Assembly: GCA_031835245.2 (NCBI GenBank)
Contig: JAVKOQ020000046.1
Location: 1-64,000 of the forward strand
Direction of reading: 5' to 3'
Length of the DNA stretch: 64,000 nucleotides
From: Balamuthia mandrillaris
Taxonomy: Eukaryota
This document shows, in pieces, positions 1 to 11,134 of the stretch; the first letter of the stretch is position 1; each line of letters begins with the position of its first letter. The notes beneath the pieces are model-generated. The model was not told the origin of the DNA. It did no database searches and saw only the letters and a program-made list of their open reading frames with translations. The translations under genes were made by a program, and so were the position numbers.

Positions 1-253
1 AAAAATACCCTGTGTCCTTTCCCTTGTTCGTGGACAAGATGGACAACAAAGCCAACCACATTTTTGCTGCCTGGCCTGAACGCCTTTACGTTGTTCACAA
101 AGGCGTTGTTGCGTTCAAAGGTCTCCTCTCATTCTCTTTCACTTTTTTTGAACTTCTACTGAGACAGGGCTCAACATAAAAACAGGTGGTCCAGGCCCCT
201 TCGGCTACGACATGGAGGCGTTGCGTAGCTGGCTTTCTGAAAATGTGAATTAG
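1..253 (+). CDS. Iodothyronine deiodinase-like protein, 3' end only (5' truncated by window edge)
   Basis: Manual translation from nt 3: KYPVSFPLFVDKMDNKANHIFAAWPERLYVVHKGVVAFK-G, intron 121-185 (GT..AG), then GGPGPFGYDMEALRSWLSENVN* (TAG 251-253). VDxMDN..AWPERLY..KGGPGPFGY is the deiodinase C-terminal signature. Absent from the ORF track. Confidence 0.9.
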
Positions 254-283
254 TGGCCTCGGAGAACACTGCACAAGCGTAGG

Positions 284-368
284 TTGTGGCTGCTGGCCAT
301 GAAGCTTCAGTCTTAAAGCGACCTCTTGTGTCGCCAGACTGCAGGCTGACAGATACAGTGACTTACAA
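284..368 (+). promoter_or_regulatory. Eukaryotic type II SECIS element in the deiodinase 3' UTR
   Basis: ATGAA (299-303); helix GCTTCAGTCT (304-313) pairs with AGACTG-C-AGGC (336-346); unpaired AAA (315-317); apical mini-stem GCGAC/GTCGC (318-322/330-334); TGAC core partner (347-350). Lies 46 nt after the stop of a selenoprotein-family gene. Confidence 0.85.
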
Positions 369-424
369 TCAAAGCATACTGCTTTTGTTTTTCCAGAAGA
401 CATTATTCATAATTTACAATTACC

Positions 425-461
<37 letters not shown>

Positions 462-647
462 GAACCTTATGAAAGTGTTGCACCTCTTTGAGGAGACTAA
501 GGCGGAAGAACATGAATGGTACTGTTACAAATTAATAATTTTGACAAGGAAGAAGCCAAAAATAAGTCACATTACAAAAGAGGACGGAAAGGAGTAAGGG
601 AGTAAAAAGCAGTAACTCGCTTATCTCAGAGCATTAGTGCCCATGGT

Positions 648-2605
648 TATGGCTGTGAAGAGGAACCAGGGAAAAAGGCATCCACTCTCACTCGTCCTTT
701 GGCTTTCCACCGACCAAACGCCTCTGGGTTCATACCGGGGTGCCACTCTCCTCTGTCAAGAGAAACGATGTTGACTTCCTACAAGAGAGAGAGAGAGAGA
801 GAAGAAAGAATGTTAACATAGATAAAGGGAGGGAAGAGAGTTCAAAAAAGAAGAACAAAACCCATTGTTCAGGCTCTCGATATTGGAAACTTGGTTCTTT
901 TTTCCTCTTGGGTGTTTTCTTGACAATGCTACCTGTGCCATCTTCGTCGTCAAACGAGGAATAGTCTTCATCACTGGCGGTAGTTGTATCTTCGCTTTCG
1001 CTGCTCTCACTACTATCGGTATTGGAACTGCTTTCGCCGTTGACGATGATAGTGGGCGTCTCATCCTCTTCATCACTTACTTCTTGTAAAGTCTTTCCCT
1101 CCCTTCGTTCTTCCGTTTGATTCACAGCTCTCTGATGGCGTAGTCGTTGTAGGGGATCACTTCCACTGTTGTGTGCGGCTCTGCTCAATGCCTTCTTGGT
1201 GGATCTTGAGCGAACAGTAATGAAATCGTTGCTTGAAGCTGAGACAGAGTGATCACCCTTGCTCTTTCGGCCCCTGGTTAACACTTTGAGCTTGCCACTG
1301 CTGCTTATTTTCTTGTGTAACTTTTTCTTCTTTTTCTTTTCTCCTTTTCTTTCACCGCCAGTATTTGCATCCTTGTTTGCTGGTTGTTCATCCTTGCGAT
1401 AAAATAACTGTCTTACCTTGTCGCATTCCTCTTCAGTAACCTTCAAGACTTCGGATCGTGCCTTTGAACGTTCTTTCTCTGTCTTGTTGTTCTCTTGTTG
1501 TTCTTCTCTTCTTCTTCTTCCTCTTCCTCTTCCCTTGGCTCATCATTTTCATTAGCAAACTCTTGCCAATTGGTGGAGGCAAAGTATTTTCTCCACAGCG
1601 TAAAAGCTCCTGGAGGTTCGTCGTAATCCTCTCCCTCTTCCTCCGAGTCTTCGTCTTTGCCACCTTTGCTCTCTTCCTCTTTCTTTTCTCGTCCATCATC
1701 ATTGTCAGAGGAGATTTTTTCGGCAGCCTTTGCTTGAAGCTGTTTTTGTTGTTGTCTTCGTTTCTCAGTGTTGATGGGTTTTTGCATTTCTTTGCTCTCC
1801 TTCTCCAACCACTCTTTCCGTTGTTTTCGTTCAAAGTCCAACGTTTGGGCTTGCTTTTGTTGCTGCAATGCTTGCCGCTGCCGGAAAAAACGAGAATCCT
1901 TTCTGAACCGCCGTATCAATTCCGCTCTATCAGCTGGGGCTTCTTCGTTTCCTCCACCACTTTCTTTTTTCTCTGAAAAATACTTTTTCAACAAACTGAT
2001 CGCTCCTTCCTCGTCGCTTTCACAGTCGCTTTCCGCTTCCGAGTCGCTGGGATGAAGTTCTTCCAACTTGGAAAGTACAAGCGAGAAATCCGTGCTGCTG
2101 ACTTTAACCAACTCCCGAGCAGTGCCACTGCCCTCCGCTTGTTTGGCGGACCCATCTTTGCTCTCAGAGCCTTCTTGGTAGACTGGAGTCGTCGTTTCAT
2201 GCTTTCCAGAATCCAATTCCCGAAAGAGTGAATCTTTGTCGATATTTACAGGCATCGAACGGGAGCGCTGTGCCAAACCATCCTCCTCCTTCTGATCTGT
2301 TGGCCGAATGAACACTAGTTCTTCTCGCTCTGCTTCTTCCTCTTTTTCTACTTCTTTTTCTGCTCCTTCATTGCCTTTCTCTTCTTCTCTTTTGAGGGCA
2401 GATTCGTGTTTGTCTGCTTCATAAGGAAGCTCATCATGAGGAGCACTGTTTCTCATCTCGCGGTGTTTTGTTGCACTACTTTTCTCTTCATGCTTCTTGC
2501 CTGTCTTTTTCTGGTGTGTATTATCAAAGCAATGAAATATGACAAATGTTAGGGTTAGGAACATGTCTCTCTACTGCCTGCCCGCTTTGCTTTTCTTACT
2601 CACTT

Positions 2606-2638
<33 letters not shown>

Positions 2639-3194
2639 CTCTCTTGACTCTTCTGTTCTAGCGGGTTTGGCAACAAACCTGTCGTTCTTTTTGTGGGCGT
2701 TTTTCAGTACCAGAGAGAGTGGGGGTTTGGGCGCGAGGCTTCAAAAGGCTGGAGCCTTGATCGCATGCTTGCTTGTTTTGAGGTTGTCGATGATGCTCCT
2801 CTGTGTGCAACAAATCCATTTCAGCTCCACGGCTATGACTGCGTTTCCTGCGAAGGCCACCAGCTGCCGAGGAGGAACCGTTGCTGTCAAAGTGCTTCCT
2901 GCCGCCAGCGGTACGACTGCTACTGCTTCGTTTTAATCGCAACTCAACCCCTTTTTTGTTCAGCTTGAATAAGCCCGTGCCTTCATGTTTGGAAGATTTT
3001 TTCTTGTGGTCAGGTGTTCCTGGGGTACTTCCTCGTCGTTGCTTGCGTATTTGAAAATGGCTGCCACTCTTTTTCTTCTCGCGTTTCTTCGCCTCCTCTT
3101 CCTTTTTTTCCTCTTGTTCGTTTTCCTCCACCTTCGCAGCAGCCGCCACCACCGCCGCCGCCACGGGCGATACCTCCTTTGGAAGCTTGGACAT
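648..3194 (-). CDS. Hypothetical charged, low-complexity protein (multi-exon; apparent 1-nt frameshift near 1507)
   Basis: Consecutive minus-strand ORFs 2658-3194, 1443-2564 and 730-1446 have matching K/E/S-rich composition. The last intron (~780-861) gives ...EPEQW|EVNIVSLDRGEWHPGMNPEAFGRWKAKGRVRVDAFFPGSSSQP*. No recognisable domain. Confidence 0.55.
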
Positions 3195-3412
3195 GGCGAG
3201 AAGAAGGCCACCGAGTTTGACGACCTCTTCTTCTCCCCAAAAAACAAATTACCTGATACAAAGATTTGTCCGCAGTAACAACGCAATGACGTCACCACCT
3301 CCACGTGTGTCGTTTTTTTTTCTTGTGTTCTGTTGAGTGGGCAGCGAAAAAAAAATAAGACTTGTTTTTGTTTAAAAAAAACACACAGGGGACTAAAAGA
3401 GTGGATCGGAGA

Positions 3413-4248
3413 CTACAGCTTATCTGTAGCAGCTGTACTCTCGTCACCAGAGCTAGAACTGGAAGGGCTAGAAGAAGAAGAAGTGTGGGTGCTGGAAGAG
3501 TTGCCCTCGGTGGGTTTGCTACCCTGTGCGTTCTTCTTCTGCTTAGAGCGCAGGAATGGCATCGTTACGTTGAGAGAGATGGGACTCAGTCCAACGTTTG
3601 AAGAAAGGGTATCCGTAGCGGTCAGCAAAATGATACCAACGAAGAAATACGTCAAGCTTCGGTATAGCGTGTCATTCATCAAGTAGATCTTCAGTGGGAA
3701 GCAAGGGTGTTAGCATGGACTGCATTCGCTCAGGTAAAAAGAAAAGAAGAAAAGAGAAGAGAAGAACATACGTCGAAAATATTGTAAACTCCTTTCCACA
3801 TAATAACTGAGCCCAACAAAGCGAGAAAGCTTCGAACGTAGAGCAGGATTTTCTTCTTCCAGACACGCGTCCAAGCGACACGTATTCTGCCGTCGCTTTC
3901 CACTTTCACGTATTGGAAGGGGATTAAGGGAACGGTAACTCCGGCGTGTTGCGTAAAGCTCTTGGTGGCGATCAGTACAAGAGCTCCCACCACCACGCAC
4001 CCAAGCTCGCTCCAAAGGTTTTGGGGGAGAAGATACACGTCAAGCAAGTTCCAGCAACCAACCCAAAAGATGACTCCTCCCAGGGTAGCGGCCAGTGCCT
4101 TGAGAAGCAGGATTACGTCATAGAGCAAACGCTTCCCGCCATCCCGGTGGCAGGAGTAGCAACAGTCGTGCCAGGTGTACCAACGGTCCTCTTCTCCAAA
4201 TATATCTTCTTCATCGCTTTCGTTGCCAACCTCTGCCGCTGACGGCAT
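3413..4248 (-). CDS. Multi-pass membrane protein, Fuseless-like repeat
   Basis: Two exons (intron 3689-3771) give an internally duplicated TM unit: GGVIFWVGCWNLLDVYLL / GSVIMWKGVYNIFD|IYLM. This resembles the WxGxWxLxD motif of the Fuseless family, recalled from memory. Confidence 0.55.
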
Positions 4249-4904
4249 AGTGCTGCTGTAAATTGCAGCAACTAGCTAGGGTTTCAAACTGGTACAGTAT
4301 GTCAAAATGAAGGCAAGAACGAAAAGCAGAAGAGGAAAAAGGTCCAATCCTTTCCTCCTCCTTGAGAGAACAAGAAACTTGGAGGTTAGTGAAACGCCAA
4401 CCCCAAAAAATACTTTGATTTAAAATAAAGGGGTGGAAAACAATACTGTTAAAAGTTCTTGAAGATGTGGTCGGCCCCTTGCGAAGATCAAGCTGATCGG
4501 GCGTGCTTTTTTTTTCCCCTTCTCCCCTTGCTGGTCCCTGCTCTGCTGCTGCTTTGTCTTTTCTCCTCTGCTGCCGCGTTTCTGCTTTCTCCAAGTGCCA
4601 CAAAAAAAAAAGTTTGAGGGGGCAGGAAAAATAAGGGACCGTTTGTGTCGACCTTTATAGCCACCTTACGCACTAATTGTTCGTTTTTGCGGAAACTTCG
4701 GAGCGAACACCTTAAATTCCAAATTTAGACATGTTGCTCCGGATTGGAAATTTCCAAAGCATCGACGGAGTTTGATTGGTGGGTTTGATGAATGAAAAAC
4801 TATGATTAAAAATATTGGAAGCGAAGATAGAGAGGAAATAGTTTCGTTTTCTTTGCTATCCTTGAAAACAGTTTAAGGAAACCCTGTTAAAAAGCAAAAG
4901 CGCC

Positions 4905-6577
4905 ATGTCCAGCTTAAAGCAGAGCGGCAAGGACCAGCTCCTGGAGTGGTGCAAGAGGCGCACAAGTCCGTATGGCGTTGAGATAGAACGGCTTAAAATA
5001 ACTCCTGGAGACACGTACGACTGCTTCGACCTTCTTTGCTTCGGGCGATTGTGCTTTTACGCGATCGGGCTAACCTTTTCTTGCAACAGGTGGCAAAATG
5101 GTATGGCTTTTTGTGCCTTGGTTCACTCACTGAGCCCTTCTTCCTTTGACTTCACTTCCTTATCACGGGTTAGCTCCTTTATTTTGTTTTTTTGTTTTGA
5201 AACTCCCTCTTATTTTTTTGCTGATCGCCGCTTTTCAAGTCTAACCCGAAGAGCAACCTGGACTTGGCTTTCAAGATCGCAGAGGAAGTGTTAGACATAC
5301 CACCCATGTTGGAATCCGGAGACGTGCTTGCCAAAGAGGCCTACGCCATTCCGGACGAACGATGTCTGGTAACTTATTTGATCCAGTTCAAGCAAAAATA
5401 TGGCGGTAGCGCTGCTCCTCCTGCGCCCACCATCAAAGTGATTACGTCTCCGTCGCCACCAACAGCGTCGCCGACAGCGGCAAAGTCACTTTCTTCCAGC
5501 TACACCCCTGAAGAACGGAGACAAAAGAAGGCGGAAATGGAGGCGAAGCGTAAAGATTTTCTGCGGGAGTGCGAACTGCGGCGTTCCCAGAAAAAACTTG
5601 GAGGTTCCTCCCTTGGAATGTCCACGGCCAAGCAAAAAGAGAAGGAAGCGGAGGCAGAAAGACTCAAAAAAGAAGAGCAACAGCGCAAGGAAGCAGAAGC
5701 AGCGAGAAAAAGAAAGGAAGAGGAAGAGGAGCGAAGAAAGAAGCAATTGCTGGAGGAGCAAGAACGACAAAGAGAAGAAGAGAGACGAAGGCAGGCAGCA
5801 GACGCAGAAGCAGAAAAACAGAGAAAGGCAGCAGAAGCGGAAGCAGAGAAAAAAAGAAAGGAAGAGGAAGAGGAGCGAAGAAAGAAGCAGCTGTTAGAAG
5901 AGGAGCAGCAACGACAAAGAGAAGAGGAGAGACGAAGGCAAGCAGCAGAACAACATAGAAAAGCTGCAGAAGCTGAAGCAGAGAGAAAACGAAAAGAAGA
6001 GGCAGAGGCAGAGGCACGAAGAAAGAAAGAGGAGGAAGAGAGGGAAAGAAGAAAGCAGCTCGAAGAAGAGCAGAAAAAAAGAGCAAAGGAAGCAGAAGAG
6101 CAGAAAGCTCGACAGGAGGCGGGCACAATCCATGCCCGTCTCTTGACTCCTGTCGCCACATCTCCAACAAGACCTGGCACCCCTATTCCTTCATTCCCTT
6201 CTCCGTCCACCACCACCACTTCTCCGAACCGCACCGGTGTGGCACGCAGCTTACCAACACCTCCGACAACGAACGGTGGTGGCAACATCACCAACACTCG
6301 TCCTCCAATGTCTTCTTCCTCTGGACTTCAAACTCGCGGAAGAGGAGGAGCTCCACCCCCGCGAGGCAGAGGAGGAGGGGGCAGAGCAGCTGCCTTTGCT
6401 GGTCATGGTGGTGGTGGACGAGGAAGGGGGACTGCTGGGCTTTCTGCCTCTTATGCGACGAGGCCATTGCCCCAAGCCGCAGCCAATCGTAACGGGGAGA
6501 ACGGGGCTGCTCCGCTTGAAGGCATTCCTCGAGCTCAAGGATGGAAGGTATTCACTCAAAACGATTCCGCCCAATAG
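4905..6577 (+). CDS. Calponin-homology (CH) domain protein (MICAL/EHBP1/smoothelin type) with ER/K coiled-coil and RGG/Pro-rich tail
   Basis: LLEWCKRRTSPYGVEI..WQNGMAFCALVH..LAFKIAEEVLDIPPML..PDERCLVTYL is a CH domain across exons, followed by a long EEERRK helix. Confidence 0.8.
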
Positions 6578-6687
6578 TGAGCAGGAAGAAGGAAAGGCAA
6601 ACCAGTTTGAAGAGAGAAGAAAAAAAAAGAAGGTAGAAGTTCCATAACTTTTATGTAGATGGATAGGAGGGGAGGATTTGCCTTCTT

Positions 6688-7516
6688 TTACATGATGCCA
6701 AACATTTTCTTCAGTTTCTGGATCAATTTTATAAGTTCCTTGTTTTGGAGCTCTGCACGGAAGTATTCCTTCATCACATCGATTGACTCTCTCGTAATCT
6801 TCAATCAAACAGATTAGCAAACGAAAGATAAAGGAAGCGAAAGAAGAGGAGAGAGAGAGAGAGAGAGAGGAGAGAGGGGAGAAAGCGAGAGAGACAGAGA
6901 GACAGAGAAATGAACGGATACATACTTGACTGTATAGCAAGTCAGTGTGATCAAGGTGTCTGCCATAAAGGATCTGCGGTGCTCCCTCAATTTTAATAGC
7001 AACAGTCATATCAACGACTGCCTGTTCCACATCCTTGTGATTGTCTTGCAGGGAGGTCACTTTACCAATGAAGCGTGTCTATCATACAATGAAGGTGAGG
7101 CTCTTTCTTAATCACAAAGCAAAACGGTACGTACAATCTTTTTCTTGGGATCATCCTCGTTGACCCGCTGGATACAAAGAGGGGTACCAATTTTGAGGAC
7201 GCCTTCCTTAACGCGCACACCAATCACGATGGGATATTTCTGATGGAAAATACAGTCCGGCATGATTTCCAACACGCAAGGGAATACCACCTTAGCCATG
7301 GCTTCCCGTTTCTCTTCCTCCTTGATCTGTTCCAGGTAGGCAGTGAACTGATCAAACAAATGGTAAATGATTTCAGCTGTGAATATCCTCACGCCCACTC
7401 GCTCTGCCTCCTCTCTTGCATCTCTGTTCACTGGCACATCAAACGCCAAAATTGTTCCATATCTAAACCACATAAAAATAAGGGGATAAGCGTAAGAAAG
7501 GGAGAAGATGGTAATG

Positions 7517-7552
<36 letters not shown>

Positions 7553-10492
7553 CTCTTTGCGTTTTCCTTTCTCCAAGTTGACAGAAGCGCGAATGACATC
7601 GGCACGATGGACAGGTCCGATGTTGATGACAGAAACAGGTATTTTGCTCGATTCCAAAAAGGTGAGCAAGGCTTCCAAAGAGCCCAGAGTAGATGCTTGT
7701 ACGCAAACGCCCACCTTTTTCACCTTCTTTAACATATCGGTAAGGTCACCTTGAACTCTTTCCTTCAGCTCTTCAATGTCGTCATCGGGTCCTACAACCA
7801 GAAGAGAACTTCCGGCGACAGCTCGTTCCAAGCCTGGGGCGGAGATTTTGACTCCTTGCGCAGCTTGAAGCTCTTTATGATGAATATAAGGGGTCTGCAA
7901 AAGTTATTTGGTTAATGGAGCAACAACAAGAGCAAGAAGAGGATTAGGGTTACCTTGACTCGGATTTCTTTCAGAGGGTGAGGTGTCAAAAGGGCTCGAA
8001 TGTTGGTCACGATGGGTCCGTCCAAGCCACATACAACAATCTTATCACCTTCATGGAGAGTTCCGTTCACCAAAATAACGTCAATGGTCATGCCCAATCC
8101 TGTTACCATCTTCACCTGCAGAGGAAAATGGTGAGGAGAAGTCAAAGTAATAAAAATCAAACAAAAAGCAAAACATGAGAGAGAGAGAGAGAGAACGTAC
8201 TTCCAGTACGGTGGCTTGGAAAGTAGACAAGACAGCAATCTTCCTTGACAACTTCTTTTGCGTCAATTGGATGAGAAGAGCAAGCAAGTCAGGAATGCCT
8301 TCACCAGTGATAGCAGAAGTAGGAACCAAGGAAACGTTTCTTCCGAAGTCCTTGTTCTGGAAGTAGAGGCACGCGTTCAAGCCTTGTTCTGCGAAGTTGG
8401 TAATCGTGCGACGAACCAACGAATCGAACTGTTGTTTGGTGTCTCTGCTCTGTTTGGCGTAAGTCTCTTCAAAAGGAGCATCAGGTGTGGGTTTCCATCC
8501 AAAGATGACGTCCATCTGTTAGCAGCATGATATTTGTTAGATTCACGAACCTTGGTTCGTTTGGAGGGAGACAAAAAGAATAACAAAAAGAAACAGAAAA
8601 AAGAACGAAAATTATCAATGCAGCAATGAGCAGAAGCAAACCTTGTTGAGAGCAACAATGAAAGGAGTCTTCTTCATCTTCAAGAGCTGGATAGACTCGA
8701 GAGTCTGCTGCTCCAAGCCGTGCATCAAGTCCACGACAAGAATGGCTATGTCGCACAAGGAGGAACCACGAGAACGAAGGTTCGTGAAGGACTCGTGTCC
8801 TGGCGTATCGATAATCAGCAGGCCAGGCACTTTGATCTTGAACTTGAACTTTTCGGTCAATTTGTGAGTCTTCTCCTCCAACGTTTCGAGAGGGAAGTAG
8901 GTTGCACCAATCTGTTGTGTGATACCACCTGCTTCTCCTCCCTGAACGTTTGTTCGCCGGATCTTGTCCAGAAGCTTCGTTTTGCCTGTGTCGACGTGGC
9001 CGAGAATACAGCAAATGGGGGATCGCATATCGGAGGATTTTACATTGGCGAGCTCTTTCTCCAACTGTTCTGCTTCTTTTTCTTGCTCCTCTGCTTGCTT
9101 CTGCTCTTGACGCGCCTGCTCTTCTTGTTTTGCTTTCTCAGCTGCCTCTTTATCTTTCTCTTCTGCTTCCTCCTCTTCTTCTCCAGTTGCAGCCTTGAAT
9201 TCAGCTGCCACATCCTTCGCCTCCCAATCAAGATCTTCTTCTTTTTGTTGATCTTGTGGTTGCTCCTCCACTTTTTCTGCCGTTTCTGCCAGCTCTGGTG
9301 GTTTGACGACTTGCTCCTCTGCCTCAGGAGCAGGAGATCCAGGTGCAACGTTGTTGGTATTCTTTTTCTTTCGCGCATACATCTGGCTTTGCTTCTTTTT
9401 CTTCGGCACGTTCTCTGGTGAGGCCGGGCGTTCTCCGGCGAGGCCGGGAGGGGCTTGCACGTTCATGCCTAGACGAGCAAGAGCTTGCTCTCGCTTCTTC
9501 TGCTTTTCCAAAACAGCAGCTTGTGCCTGTCTCTCTTTCTTCTTGATCTTGGCGAGTCGTCGCTTTTCCTGCAACTCTTCCAACTCTTTTTGCCGCCTTT
9601 CTTCCTCCAGTCGAAGCCTTTCTTCCTCCTCTCTAGCTCGTTGTTCTGCCTCCTGCCTCAGACGCTCCTCCTCTTCCTTCATCTTCAAGATCTTTTGGGC
9701 CATGGCCTTGGAAATACCTTTCCTGGGCACCGCTTTTTCGGCTTCCTTGGCAGCAGGCTTCTTCTTTTTCTTCTTGTTCTTTTTCTTGGCAGCTGCGCCG
9801 CCTTCCGCTTGTTGCGCTTCATCTTCTCCGTCCTCCGTTGCAGCTGTTTCGGCGGCAGGAACAGCGGCATCGGGTGTTGCAGTTGCTTCCTGCTTGCTCT
9901 CCGCTTCTTGTTTTTCCCCTGCTGGCTCCACTGCTGCAGGAGCAGGCGACTCAGTCTCCTCTTCGTCCTCCTGCCCAGCACCTCCTTTCTTCTTGTTTTG
10001 TTTCCTCCTATTTTTTTTCTTGGCGGCAGCTCCTCCACCAAGCGCTGTGCCTCCACCTCCACCAAGGGCCGTTCCTCCTCCACCACCGCCGAGAGCAGTA
10101 CCACTGGCTCCTCCACCAAGCGCTGTCCCGCCTCTGCCTCCACCAAGGGCAGTGCCACCGCCGCTGCCACCAAGAGCAGTGCCATTTTCACCATCAGCAC
10201 CGTCAGCAGAAGACTCTTGTTTTTTCCCTCCTCCTCCTCCGCCGCCGCCGCCTGCTTGTTTCCTTTGTTGAGCCTTCTGCTTGGCTTGCTCTTTCTGCTG
10301 CTGCTTCTTGAGCTTTTCTTTTTGCTTCTTTGACAGAATTTTCACGCCGCCACCGCCTTCTTCGGTGCCATCTTCCTGAGACTGCTTGTTCTGCTGATTC
10401 TTCTTCTTGTTCTTTCTTTCTCTTTCCATCTGCTCGAATTCATCCTCCAATTCCGAGGCAGGAACTTCCGCGTGCTCCGCGTCCATTGCCAT
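6688..10492 (-). CDS. EIF5B: Eukaryotic translation initiation factor 5B (multi-exon)
   Basis: [91 protein letters not shown]. Last exon [14 protein letters not shown]...KKMFGIM* (stop 6688-6690). Confidence 0.97.
10030..10185 (-). repeat. Coding minisatellite: six ~27-nt units encoding GTALGG(G) in the eIF5B N-terminal region
   Basis: Translation [52 protein letters not shown]. Confidence 0.85.
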
Positions 10493-11134
10493 TTGTGTTG
10501 TCTATCCGATCCTCACGAAACCGCAAGCACTGGCTCATATAAATATAAATTCTGGCTGGGGTTGAGTGTGAGTGCCTTGCTCTCCTTTCAACAAAACAAA
10601 GAAAACTAACAAAAAAAATAAATAAAAGCAGCTCTCAGTTTAACCTCGAGAAGAAAAACGGAAAAAGCTTATTCCCCAAAGCTTTCTTTTCTCTCTTTTC
10701 CCAAATGTTTCCTCTTTTTTTTGCTTTTGCTTTCTACACTCTCTTCTACGCCTCAAAGCAAACAAACCGTCAGTGAAGAAAGCGCAAAGTCGGGAAGAAA
10801 GAAGTAGCGCTGCTGTGCGGAAGAAAAGAGAGCTAAGGAGAGGAGAAAAAAACACACAGTTTTTTTCCTACTTTTTTCGTTGCTGCATTCACCATGAAGC
10901 CAACACATGTTTGTGAGATCCCGACCCTCGAGCAACTCATGATCTAGATGATCTCCATTTAATTTTTTTCTTTTCGAAAGTCGAGCAGAGCAACCCTCGA
11001 CTCGATGTAATAAAGGGAAATAGCAGCCAAATAAAAAAAATAAAATAAAAACCGTGAGAAGACATAAAGAGGAAGCGGAGGAGCCGGAAAGGACTGTTAT
11101 CGGTGCTGCAAAGACGGAAAACCGTGCTTCGGAG

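Noticed and set aside
8720..10333. Long antisense ORFs opposite eIF5B (also opposite the CH protein, NRDE2 and the antiporter)
   Set aside because: Shadow ORFs of K/E-rich, low-complexity coding sequence with no domain signal.
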